Shown here: positions 1 through 13,070 of the stretch, piece after piece
Position numbering within the stretch: the stretch's first letter is position 1
Layout of the letters: every line of letters begins with the position of its first letter
NCBI GenBank assembly: GCA_012295275.1
Contig: CM022667.1
Coordinates: 5,642,001 to 5,706,000, forward strand
Length of the DNA stretch: 64,000 nt
Reading direction: 5' to 3'
From: Chrysomallon squamiferum
Lineage: Eukaryota; Animalia; Mollusca
Translations under genes and position numbers: made by a program
Notes under the pieces: generated by a model
Seen by the model: the letters and a program-made list of their open reading frames with translations, nothing else
What the model was told of the DNA's origin: nothing
The model's database searches: none

Positions 1-105
1 AGACAATGTTCTACAAATAAAACTTATTAAATTATACTCGCAGTATAAATCCTTTTCTAACAGATGATCGTGTTCTATGAATTAACATTATTAAACTATA
101 CTTAC

Positions 106-844
106 AGTAAACATAGAGTTGAAACTGTTCAGATTTTTCCACTGATGTTATCGGGTTGTTTGCTGTACATTTATATATTTCACCTGTCTGCTGTCTACTG
201 ATGTGAGGCAGAGTTAACTGAGAAGTTGAAGAACATATTTGATTGTTGAGTGACCAGGAATAGGAACATACAGGATTACAGAGAGAAGTACAGGTAACTG
301 TCAGTGTGTCACCTTCTACAACTGTACCAGGTAATGATGGACTGAGTCTGACACTGTCTGGACCATCTGAATGTACAAATGTGATAACTGTTTAAAAATT
401 ACATTTGATTATATCATATAATTTATATTTCAGAATCTGTGATGCCTAAAACAAAAATATACTTCAGACGTTAGCCCTAAATTTAGGAGTTATAAGTCAT
501 CATTATAATTTTAGCAATGTCTTGGTAGATATCAAAATAACTCTTCTTTTGCCATCTAAATGTTAAAAAAGTTATTAATTTCTTAAAAAAATTAAAAATT
601 TAAATAAATAAAATAAATAAATAAACAAATAAACAAATAAATATATATAAATAAAAATAAAATAAAATAAAATAAGTAAATTCAAATATTTAAAAATTAC
701 CATTTTCACCAAAAGTGGAACAGCCGCCAAGATTGAATCTCTAGAAACGTAATTTCACAAAGTAGCCATTACTTAATTTTTCTGGATGATGAGGAATAAC
801 ATTATTTTTATTTAATTTGATTATTACTATTGCTTCTCCTTCTT

Positions 845-875
<31 letters not shown>

Positions 876-2432
876 TTATTATTATTATTATTTATTTGTT
901 TATTTATTTATTTATTTATTTATTTATTTTCATATATTGTAAATAATAAAATAAATTCGAGTTGAAGAATAGTATTAAGAGTTCATTTAAAGACCTCAAG
1001 AGATATCAACAACAAATGAGATGCATAAACATATTGATGTGAAATATTATATGTTCAGAAATGTAATAGAATTATGTATTGAACGACAAATATAATTTAA
1101 AAAAAAATAATAATAATAATAATAATAATAATGATGATGATGATGATACTACTACTACTACTACTACTAATAATAATAATAATTATAATAATAATAATAA
1201 TTTAAAAAAAATCTTAACTTACATATTTTAGTCTTATTGCATGTAGATGGATTTCCATTAGCTCCATCCTGACAAGTCCATATTCCAAAGTCTGTTGCTG
1301 TGTTAAAAGACTGGATAGTGAGAGTAATAGTCTGTGTTGTTGAGTCAATGTGAGCAGAGTAACCAGTGAAACAAGGAAACAGTCGACATCGAGTATTTTG
1401 TGTGCTACACTGAACAACATTTTGTGATGATCCAGAAGTAGGTCGAGAAAAGAGAATTCCACTTCTAACAGTACCACTAACTTTACACACCAACTGTGTA
1501 CTGTGTCCTTGTTGTCCACCACCCATACACTCAAGTGTTGTAGTAGCCTCACCTGTCATTATTATTAAATATCAGGTATATCTATTATTTTTAATATTAG
1601 TTATTTTACATACTGTGTACCTGTTGTACATACAGTCAAGTGTTGTAGTAGCCTCACCTGTAATTATTATTAAATATCAGGTATATCTATTATTTTAATA
1701 TTACAGTTATTTTACTGTGTACTTGTTGTACATACAGTCAAGTGTTGTAGTAGTCTCACCTGTAATTATTATTAAATATCAGGTATATCTATTATTTTTA
1801 ATATTACAGTTATTTTACATTCTGAGTACTTGTTGTACATACAGTCAAGTGTTGTAGTAGCCTCACCTGTAATTATTATTAAATATCAGGTATATCTATT
1901 ATTTTTTAATATTACAGTTATTTTACATACTGTGTACTTGTTGTACATACAGTCAAGTGTTGTAGTAGTCTCACCTGTAATTATTATTAAATATCAGGTA
2001 TATCTATTATTTTTGATATTACAGTTATTTTATATACTGTGTATTTGTTGTATGTACAGTCAAGTATTTTATAATTATTATAAAACAGTAATAGCAGATG
2101 TCATATGTCATACTGCTTGAAATGAAAATATTCCACCAATGAAAATATGTTTTTAAAAAATAAATTTTAAAAACTGCATTGATCATGAGATACTTTCGCT
2201 TTCCCAATTAGAGATATTAATCTAATTTTTATGTTTTTCATTCACTTTATCTTCTAACCAAACATTTTAGGATTTGATTCTTTGTATGGTTGTATCTGCG
2301 GATCCTTAGTCTTAACCCAAAATACTAAAACAAGTTTGTGTAAGCTTGTGACAATGGGTCTCAGATTTTACCTTTAACTACAGAGATGAGACAAATGACG
2401 AGGGTAACTCCACTCATGATGTTGTTAACCAT
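106..2432 (-). CDS. Gene A: IgSF receptor, 5' part (leader, V-like Ig, C2-like Ig); continues off the left edge
   Basis: Leader 2432-2372 (MVNNIMSGVTLVICLISVVK, donor G|gtaaaa), V-like exon 1552-1223 (GEATTTLEC...LVCKV...WTCQDG...STCNKTKI) and C2-like exon 366-106 (YGPDSV...VTCTSLCNPVCSYSW...YKCTANN). All have GT/AG boundaries and phase-1 junctions. Close paralog of the first exons of gene B. A possible non-coding first exon ends at 3344 (gtgaga donor). Confidence 0.85.
1529..2066 (-). repeat. Tandem ~102-108 bp repeat containing the V-exon acceptor and first 24 nt of the V exon (gene A)
   Basis: Unit on minus strand: ttaataataattacag|GTGAG(G/A)CTACTACAACACTTGACT|gtatgtacaac. Candidate micro-exons at 1974-1951, 1866-1843, 1759-1736 and 1657-1634, ahead of the real acceptor at 1552. 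Confidence 0.92.
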
Positions 2433-5400
2433 TGTAACCTAAAAACAAACGGATAAATAACTGAATAAATTAACATATTAATATATTTATTTATTTACTT
2501 CATGCAAGTATAATTATGATTTAAAAAGAAGACAGTGTGTATTCAAATATTTTCAGTTCACTCAGTTTCACACATCATAGAAACTATATATTAGAAAATT
2601 ATTTAGTACTTAGTGGCTCAACTTTTTAGCATTTATTCCTGGTACAATAACTCACTAACTCGATAACAATTATTATTAATATTCATTATCATAAACAGCA
2701 GCAGCATCGTCATTATTATTATTAATTATTGGGGTTTTTAAAGACACTTTTCTGGCAAGAATGATAACATTTTAACATTGTCTTTAATATCGTGCTTTAA
2801 CCAATTTTATCGGCAAAACAATAAATAATTTTATTCAAAGTGGAATTTATCATTTTTAATTAAATACTCTAGGTTGATCGGTTAATGATAGGCTCATACA
2901 AATATAAAGAAAGAAACTGTGCGTTATATATATATAAAAGCCTTTGAGAAGATGTGTGTATGTGTGCGTGACTGTGTGCGTATGTGTGTATGTATATATG
3001 CACACACACACACACCTTCTCAAAGACTTCAAATACATTCAAGGGTTAAACTACTGAGTAACAGTTTACACTCCCACACTGTGTAAACAAGCACTTTCAA
3101 AAAATAGAATACCTGACCTACATAACCTGTTAACTCAAAACACGCTTTTAGCTTTTGTGTCAAACAAAAGAGATAAAATATAATTTCAAATAATTTATGA
3201 TCTTTATAAAAAAAAATAATGATCATAATAATATATTGATTATACAATACACTGTGATATAATACATAAAAAAACACTTACAGATATATTTATCTGCATG
3301 AAAAAGAAATGTTCAGCAAGTAAATTAAACAGCTAGGTCTCACCCGTTGAAACGTCGATCGCTTTTCGTTTTGATTCTGTGGACTCGATTTACTGGTATC
3401 CTTTCATTGACAGTTTTACCTCTTCACATTTACAAACAACTTATACCAGTGGAATTAATTTCGGTAGATTACTAAACACTTATAAATAAAATTAATACGA
3501 ATATCCTTGTTGACACACAACTCGTTCGTTCCGATTTCAAACTTAAATTATTGCCATCTGATCTTTAACAGATGATTAGTTTTAGCTCAGTTTTGTCTAA
3601 TTTGTAAAGTTAATTAGTCTTTAGAAATGTGCCAAACTGAACGAAGCAACCTGCACATATAAGATTACATCAACAGTGACACCTGCTGTGCTGCTATTTT
3701 ATTTAGATCATTACAAACTAGTACATTTATTTTAAAATATTTTTAAATTCACATTCAACTCCTTACTGTATATGATTTAAATATTTCATTAAAAGATCAT
3801 AACATCTTTAATTTGGAAAGTAATGAAGAAAAAACGTTCTCATCTAAAATTATTTTTTAGAGATATCTCTGATTTTTTTGTTTTTTGTTGGTGACTGAGC
3901 AGTATGTACAAGTCTCAGGTAAAGCAGACTGTTAAGTAATCAGTACAGCAACACACACACATTTATTGTGTGTGGATTTAGTGCAATAGGGTCACGTTGT
4001 AAACTATAATTATATAAAATTGTGTAAAACGACAAGCTCACTTTCCTCAGCTACAGTTTCCTAATTTATAGTCAGTGGGAATTTCAAATTTTCATACTCT
4101 TTTATAATCCTATTTTAAATTTACTTTCTTCAGATAATAACTTTTTTTTTGCGAATTATTTTCATCAGACATAGGTCAGTTTTTCAGTGTAGATACGATT
4201 CTCAGTGGTAACATTAATTGATTTCGTTTTATTGTTTCCTTTTATTTAATTACTGATGATAATGACGGACGCACTGAACGACATTTTGTCGCAAAGATAA
4301 CAGTTTAGGTCAAAAAGTGAATTTTATAAAAATTAATTCGTTTTCTTTTATTTTTTTTATTCATTTATCCACTCTTCTTATCTATTTATCTGTCTGTCTG
4401 TCTATCTATCTATTTAGATATAGACTTGGATACACACCTCCGTTCACAGACAGAGAAAGTGTCATAGGTAATTCAAACGTCGATTACTTCCCTTGGTATA
4501 TAAAGAGCAGTGTGTTAAGCGTTCCAGGGTCGCGTGTTTCTGCGGTGCAGGGCCTCTTCACACAACACATATCTCCACCGAGATTTTAAACAACTTAGCA
4601 ACTGACTGACACACTTGACTAATATTTGTTATAAATGTATAGTGTCAGTATGTTATACTGATTCTGTGAACCAGTTTATTTGGAGAGGGGGGACGTAAAC
4701 GACGGTCAAAAGGGCCGGAGTTGCTAGGCGGAGAGTCTAGGGTGATGCCCCCCACCATGCACGAAATTGTTTTCAATCTACAATGCAGGAAACGTTAAAA
4801 CACATTTCTGCTGTGCATTACGACACAGGCTCGTTAAGACTTAATACAGTTCACATCGTCAGACGATTGTTTAGTTTTTTACACACCCTCGTGGACTGAA
4901 CAGACTTTGGAAGCGTGAGTAAACTCAGGTTGTGTCTGTGGAATTGTCAACATTCTCACGAAATGTTAAAGAGTTTGAACTGAACTACAGTCATGTAATG
5001 AAAGATGATTTCTTTAACAAAAAAAAGGCAAACAGTGTTTCATTAGTAACTTTTTTGATAAAGTCATTTTCTACACTGAATTATATTCATGATTTTTAAT
5101 GTTTGTACATGCATGTATTAATTACTAATACAGTTTCCGTCAAATTACGAAATTCAAAAATACATTTATTTCTGATTATGTTTTCCTATTAGTTGTGTCA
5201 TTTATTGATTTTTTTAATTTAATTTTCCAAAACGTAAAACAAACATCATTCGTGTATCGGTTCTCATAAATATTTGAAATTCGTTAACTCGAACCTCCAG
5301 ATCCCTTCCAGTTAGAAATATCGATATTTATCTATCTATCTATCTAATATATATGTATGCGTGTGTGTGTGTGTATTTATGTGTGTATTTGTGTGTGTGT

Positions 5401-5731
5401 TTGTAAGTAAAAACAAAGAAATATGATTACTCTTTACTCAAAATTAAATATTAAATGTTATTGTAATTCGGAGTCTAGTCATGACAACAACAAAAAAGAA
5501 AGTAAATAAATAAAAAATTATATATATATAGTCAATTTAGTAATCTTTGAAGTTAGAATATTCCTCTCTAATTCACTTACTGATGAACAAACACACACGT
5601 CTCACTATGGATGTTACTTAATCATTATCTGAAAATATCCTCGAATGTGAGATTTAGTTCAGTTTCCTTGACATCACATTTCTTTAAATAAACAAATATG
5701 ATATACAATACACAAACAGAAACGTCTGAAT

Positions 5732-5841
5732 TCAGCCTCTGACTTGTGTGTTTTCATAGACGGTGAGTACAGAGTATGGTGAGTCTTTTCTAGCTTCCAG
5801 TGATGAGTAATGGTTTGCGCACTCTGTGTTATTGTCAGTAT
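5732..5841 (-). pseudogene. Orphan terminal ITAM exon (DTDNNTECANHYSSLEARKDSPYSVLTVYENTQVRG*)
   Basis: 110-nt exon with tttcag acceptor. Same length as, and near-identical to, the last exons of genes C and D. No TM exon was found upstream of it. Confidence 0.8.
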
Positions 5842-6821
5842 CTGAAACATAAACCAGAATTTAATAGCTGGACAGCGTTAATACTACTATTAGTAGTAGG
5901 AGTACTGATAGTAAAAGTACTACGTATAGTGGCAGTAGCCACATATCTGCATGTCATCGGTAAAATCAAATTTAAACTTTTCTCTGTAATATTATTTGTT
6001 TTTACTCCTGCTTGAGAACACTGAGAGTTTCTACTGACTGTTATTTTATTTAAATAACTATTTCACTGAAATACTGTCTTTAATCTGTACCATTTAAATA
6101 TTGGTATGAACTATTTAAGATGTTTTTCAAAATTCCTCTCAGATCAGCTACTGAACGCGGACATGTATTTCTTAGATTATTGATTCACTTCTAAGGAGCG
6201 TGGTCATACTGATTTGGATTTGTTTTCTACAAAATAAATAACTTAATTTTTAAAGACTTTTTCAAAGATGGCGTCGCCCATTTCCTGTGCTGCTCAGTGC
6301 ATTTTTTTAATCGATTCACAAGAACCGTGAACTGCAATCGCCAAACACTAACCTCCCAAAATCATCACAGTTCAACCCACATACTTTAGATAGTTCAATC
6401 ATTCAACGTCATTCCATGTTGTTTTTTTCTTTCTTTTCTTCTTCTTCTTTGGGTTTCTTTTGGTTTTGTTATGAGTTATACGATGTGCAAGTTATGCTGT
6501 ATTTACATCTGTCAGTGATCTTGATATGTTTTAGTCGTGTTTTAGGAGAGAGCCACGATGCTTGCCATGGTAATCAACGACGAGTTATAATTGTTTATTA
6601 TTATTATTATTATTACTATTATTAATGATTTTATTTTGATTTTGCATTATTATTTGGCAGTATAATTTATATTCAGTTAATATCTTACTTTAAGGTTTAA
6701 TACAGTAAAAATATATCAGGTGTATGTATGATAACACTTTAATTTTATATTTCTTGCTGCAATATATAACTGTTAAATTTGTTAATTCTTTATGTGTAAA
6801 ATATCTAAAGAAGATTTTAAC

Positions 6822-7084
6822 CCTCTCTCATTATTTCCTGTTCCTTGGTAAACTATTTGAATCGAAAGTAGTTATAAGCCAAAACTCGAATCAGATATCT
6901 GGTGTTTGGTTGTAAACTAGAAATCTCTGTTGTGTGATTTGTGTGAAGACCTTTTTCACCAAACGGTTCAGTGAGATTTGTCCACTCAGATGTTGTGTCT
7001 GCTCGATACTGTACAAGAAATGTTTGTTGTGATCCTCCATTAAATTCTTCTGTCCAAGACACTGACACTGAATGTGGACCTGTG
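6822..7084 (-). pseudogene. 5'-truncated FN3 exon fragment with in-frame stop
   Basis: Encodes TGPHSVSVSWTEEFNGGSQQTFLVQYRADTTSEW...RVLAYNYFRFK then TAG. Near-identical to the FN3 exons of B, C and D but lacks the acceptor and first codons. Confidence 0.85.
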
Positions 7085-7118
7085 AACTCTTTACACGCTT
7101 TCTGTTTGTCTGTTTCAG

Positions 7119-7824
7119 ACAGGTTAAAACTGGAGTACAGGAATCATCTGTCTATGATGATCTTCAACAAAATCAAGGTTAGTTTACTGTTACTCTTTTG
7201 TGGTTGTTTTCTTTTTTTATATATTGGAGAATAGAATCATCAGTTAAAATATTCAGTAATATTAATTTAGTTGTTTAAATAAATAATAATAATGACTGTA
7301 AACTCTCAGTGTTTTCAAATAAATGTGAAAACAAATATAACTAATATTAAAAAAAAATGTTTAAATTTGATGACACACTGACAGAATGATGCACAAATAT
7401 ACAGCTAATTATTTATTTTCATGTTTAGTGGTTTGCAATCATTACTACTGTTCCTGTCACCAGTACTATAACTATTACTAGTGTTACTATTACTGTTACA
7501 AATAGTGCTACTAACACATACTACTAGTAATGCTACTACTGCCATAAAGACTACTCTTACTACTGTTAGTACTACTGCTACTGTTAGTAAATTTAAACAC
7601 TTGTGTTTTGGCTGCCATCTTGTACACCACTAATAATAATACTCCAACTACTGATGCTATTATTATTCCTGTACAACTATTAAATTTTGGATTATTTTTC
7701 AGATTCTGAGAGAAACACGGATACTACAAACAATTACTCATCACTGGAAGCTAGAAAAGACTCACAATACTCAGTACTCACTGTCTATGAAAACACAAAA
7801 GTAAATAATACCAATGCAACATAG
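7119..7824 (+). pseudogene. Orphan plus-strand cytoplasmic-tail exons (YDDL exon 7119-7177, ITAM exon 7703-7824)
   Basis: tttcag|A CAG GTT AAA...SVYDDLQQNQ G|gttagt, then tttcag|DSERNTDTTNNYSSLEARKDSQYSVLTVYENTKVNNTNAT*. Paralogs of the C/D tail exons, with no plus-strand ectodomain upstream. Confidence 0.8.
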
Positions 7825-7913
7825 ATCATATGTCTCTTTCTTTTATATAAAATATTATAACATTATTTATTAATTCATTGACTGACAGATGTATGGGATT
7901 TACTGATTTGTGA

Positions 7914-7974
<61 letters not shown>

Positions 7975-8073
7975 TAAATAATAACAGTAATATGAGAGAA
8001 AGGACAAGAATACACTGTACTTTAGAACTGTTTATATTCTGTTTTTATATTTCAGTACTGTTTTAGAATATTT

Positions 8074-8432
8074 ATCATTGAATCTGATCACTGAGCTTGA
8101 TAAACAGCGTATTTGTGAGAAAGGAAACAGCTCTGTTAGAGATAAACAGACATCTTATTTCAGACATCTATTTCTTCTTATAATAATTATCTTATTTCAG
8201 ACTTCTATTTCTTCTTATAATAATTATATTATTTCAAACTTGTATTTCTTCTTATAATTATATTATTTCTGACTTCTATTTCTTCTTATAATAAATATCT
8301 TATTTCAAACTTCTATTTCTTCTTATAATAGTTATATTATTTCTGACTTCTATTTCTTCTTATAATAATTATCTTATATCTGAATAAGAAAACTGAAAAA
8401 ATGACATTTGAAACTGGAAGTAATAAAACAAA

Positions 8433-8509
<77 letters not shown>

Positions 8510-8648
8510 CTCTCTCTCTCTCATGTATACAGTGTAATATATTATTATATATAAGATTATGAACTTGCAATAATTCCTAAACTAGTTAAATATTTGTTAA
8601 AAATCACAGATATGCTGTTTATCAAGCTCAGTGATCAGATTCAATGAT
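8074..8648. mobile_element. MITE-like element: 45-bp inverted repeats enclosing ~38-bp tandem repeats and a (CT)n tract
   Basis: atcattgaatctgatcactgagcttgataaacagcgtatttgtga (8074-8118) matches the reverse complement of 8604-8648 at 43/45 positions. About six copies of atcttatttcagacttctatttcttcttataataatt lie at ~8150-8380, and (CT)n at ~8435-8522. Confidence 0.6.
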
Positions 8649-10513
8649 ATATATATATATATATATTATAAACACGCGCACACACATATGCAAACATCCC
8701 TTTACTTTAGAACTTGCTTTAAAACATATTTTAGAAGAAATTGCTTTATTTTCTTTTCATTTTGATATGTTTGTACAAGTGATTGATATTGTTAAAGTTT
8801 TATGATGTGTTAGATAAGATATTCCAACTACTTAAGCTTGCAAAACAAAGAAAATAACACAATCACAAGAAAATAATAAAAATAAAATACACTGATACCT
8901 AATATACAAATCATATGTTTCATATTCCTACCAAAAAATTAGTTAGCTGTCTTCATTTCAAACTTGAACTGTTACTTTTTGTAAATTATCAAATGATTAT
9001 TATATTTCATTTGCAACTAGTATTCAGTAACTAAATAAACATAATTTTCACGTACTATAAATGATGCATGGAATAAATCCAAATCATTGTAACATTTTGT
9101 AAATATTTTTGTTTTCTTTGAGCAGTTAGGCGAACTGACGAGAACGTTAAACAACAAGGTCAACACGACTAAGCTGATTGGTCTACGTGATCAGACCACC
9201 GCTTGCACTTCCTAGTACTTCTGTCGTCATAGCATCAAGATAAACACTGTACCGGTTTGGTGAGAAACTGGTTTTAGCTGCTAACCCACGACTGATCGTC
9301 TGCAGTTCTTTCTTCAGATTTCTGTAGACATATAATCATAATAGTGTACAGAATAAATCTAATGGATATTTGAAGTTATGTTTTTACATATAATTATCAT
9401 ATAGAAGGAAGATCTAATTGTATGGTTTTTCAAAGCAATAGCATATACACATTTTTATTTTTATTTTTCTTTATTTATTTACTATATATTACAGTTTATT
9501 TTTGTCCTTATACATACTTATCCTATAAAAGAACGACAACTTGTATAAGATCTAATAAGATCTATTATATAATCTATAAATAGATTGACATGAAATTAAT
9601 TTATTATTTTCAACGTCTGAGCCATCTAGTTACTGCATGAAGTAAATATAACGACAGCACTGTAATATTTATTTATTATCATAACTTTTTACAATTTATT
9701 TTCAGTGACTCATTTTGTTTGGAAAAGTGCCAATGAGTAAATAACGTTAAGTGACAACTCTGTGTTACTTATATATTTATTCAGACCATACACTCACACA
9801 TTTCGACCTCTCTCGCACTCCTCTCTGCATATATATATATATAATTATTAATCCTTACAGTTTGATAGATATTTACATAAGAATTACACAGAAAAGGTGT
9901 GTTTGTGTATGTGTCATTTATTGATTCCATTTGTTAAATTGATTGTCAAAGAATCATATCTGCACTGAATTTGTTATATTTGTTCTGAACAAAAAAACAC
10001 AGACCACTTTATTACTTTATTAATCATGACAATATTTATAAATAATACATAACAGACAGGCTTATAAATGTATAAAAATATTACTTGTAAAGTAAATTTG
10101 AATATTAATAGATCAAACATGAGAAATAAAGTGTGTTACACATATATGCAAATACTTATTTATGCAATGTGTGTGTATGAGTGTGTTTGTTTCAAATAAA
10201 ACATTCATGAGAAATAAAACACGTTACACATAGATGTTAATACTTATATATGTAGTGTGTATATAGAGCTAAACTGTTTCCTTTTTCTAAATGTGAAATT
10301 GTGATATTACACAGCATAGTCATGTAAAAACAGTTTCTGAAGAAAGGTTAGCATTGATTTCAAAACATTTCCTGCATTGTTTAATGTGTGAATTAATTTT
10401 CTTTCCGACTTCAACAGTTTTAGTACGTGTTTTTTAAATATAATTATACTCTGATAGATAAATAAAATGGAAATGAAAATGTAATTATGGGGGAAAAAGA
10501 AATATATATATAT

Positions 10514-10518
<5 letters not shown>

Positions 10519-10597
<79 letters not shown>
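10519..10597. repeat. (GA)n microsatellite
   Basis: Directly visible. Confidence 0.95.
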
Positions 10598-10600
<3 letters not shown>

Positions 10601-12107
10601 AAATAACTATGTCGGTTTCAGATAGCTGTTAGATGAGTTTCTAAAACTAGTTTAATGCAGTACTGCACATTGATAAAGAGTTTATTCTCAGGCTTTATGA
10701 AGAACGTAATAAAAGGACAAACAAAACAGTCCTGCTGTACTTGTATCTTCCTGGTTGTGGGTCAGAGATTGTATTGTTTGACAACTGAGAAGTAAAACAA
10801 ATCTGGGTCAAAGCAAATACCTGATCTGTAGTGGGCCAGACTTTGTGAACTTCCTAGTTTAAAACACACTTCTTTGTGTCAGCTACATGTGACTTGAATC
10901 ATAAATAATCTCATGCAATAGATGTTTGCGACTTTTAAAATGTTAAGTGTTTCTGTAGAATAGCATTGACTACTTTAGAACACAAAGGAATGTATGAATG
11001 CAAGTGAAAGATTGGGCTTAACAGAAATTATCAGTGATATATGGTTTTATCTCTGAATGTAATCACCTGAAAACAAAATAATAAAATATTTATTTTATTT
11101 ATTTTACATTATTATTTATTATCTGTGTTTAAATGAAGCAGCAAAAACACATAATAATAGATACACATGTATATTTATTTAAAAGTGACAAAAGCTCATA
11201 CAAAGATAGTAAAGATATGAAAACATAAATAGGTGTTTAACAAATCTAGTTAAAACACTATTAAAAAAAAATATATATAAAAAGCCCGGTGTTTACTAGA
11301 CAAGAAATAACTAGCATGATAATAACAAAACAATTAACTAGCATGAAAATAAGAAAACAATTACTGATTCAAGCATAAACAGATACATTACAATTTACAC
11401 ATGATTTAATGAATTCTTTAAAAAAAAATTAATACACATTTTATTTCTTTATTCTTCTTGTCCAAATTTTTAATTCCAATATTCACAATATAAAATGGAA
11501 CATACTAAAATGCAAACAAAATACGTGTAATTCTTATCATTAACATTTTAGTTTTATTACATTTATTTTAAACAGCTTGATTTGAATAATACAGTTTTGT
11601 GTTTTGTTATGATCAGTGATACTCTGATTATAAAAACAAATCTAAATTTATCTCAGAAAATAGATAAGACTAAGAATGTTTAAATGTAAAAACATATAAT
11701 AGTAATAAAACAAATAAATAAATAAATAAGTATCAATTGTTACAGTAATAAGCAGTTATAAATATAAGAACTGCAAACACACACTAAGTAAGAGCAAAAT
11801 AAAAAACTTACATTTACCAAACATGTTACAGAGGCGTGCCATGATTAAATACATCATGAAACAAACCATTTAGAATATTTACTCTTTCCATAACCAACTT
11901 TTATAACCATCACTGTAAATGTTTATGTCTTTCTATTCATAATAATAGGACGGACATTTATTATGCATATATATAAACAAATTATTATCCATTTAAATTA
12001 ACACCTTTGACCATGGCGTTCAAACAAACATTAACAAGAAAAACTTGTGTCTGATTATCAACACCCAGAACAATCTCTTACATTACTACTACTACTACTA
12101 CTACTAC

Positions 12108-12163
<56 letters not shown>

Positions 12164-13070
12164 TAATAATGATAATAATAATAATAATAACAATAATAAT
12201 AATAATAACAATAATCTATTGTGTTTTGAAAATGTTTTGTTTACACTGTAAGTATGAGTACACATGTTGTTGTAATCTAGAAATTAAAAACTAATGACAC
12301 TTGATTTCACCGGATAATGTTTGACACTTTTGTACTAATACAGTTTATATATATCATCAGTGTATGATAGTGTATGTATGGTATGTAGGAACAATCAAAT
12401 TATCTGGCAAATGACATAATTAATTCAGTTTAAAAAAAATATATATTTTGTTACCGCATCAAAGATATTTCAAGCGAGTTTCAACAAATACCAAGTACAT
12501 ACAATGTAGAAAAGAGTATAAACAGTAAATCTAGATGATTTAATAAAATGTTATATGAAATGAACAATGGTTGTTAACGTATTATTTCTCTTAGTGTCTA
12601 GTGTTAAGCAAATCCTCTTACATTACATTGTGTAGTGTCATCTTAAATTGTGTTTGTGTTGTTCCATTGGATTGTGATACACATGAAAAATCAATGTAGC
12701 AGTAGTTTCACATTAATTATGTTGAGTGGTTGTCCACACCACACTCCTATCAGTGTCTGGACAAATCTGTAACTTATTTTCTTATATTGTATAGTTCCAT
12801 CTCTAGTTTGTGTTTGTGTATTGAATTGTGTGGTACACAAGAAAAATTACTTTATCATTAGTTTCAAATTAATTTTTAGAGAAAAAAAGAAAAGTAAAGT
12901 ATATGTTTTACACTCACATTGAAACTAAATTCATATCATGTTTTCAGAAATGAAATTAGCATAATTTTAATTACAAATCTGTTACAAAATAGCCTCAGTC
13001 TGCTTAAGTTATTAATTTTTCTTATAATTTTATTTAAAATTTTCATTTGACATCTTTTTGACAAAAACTT

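Noticed and set aside
4420-4830. GC-richer island with a TATA-like motif and ORF 4317-4589
   Set aside because: No recognisable protein, termini or target-site duplication. Probably mixed repeat debris that I could not classify.
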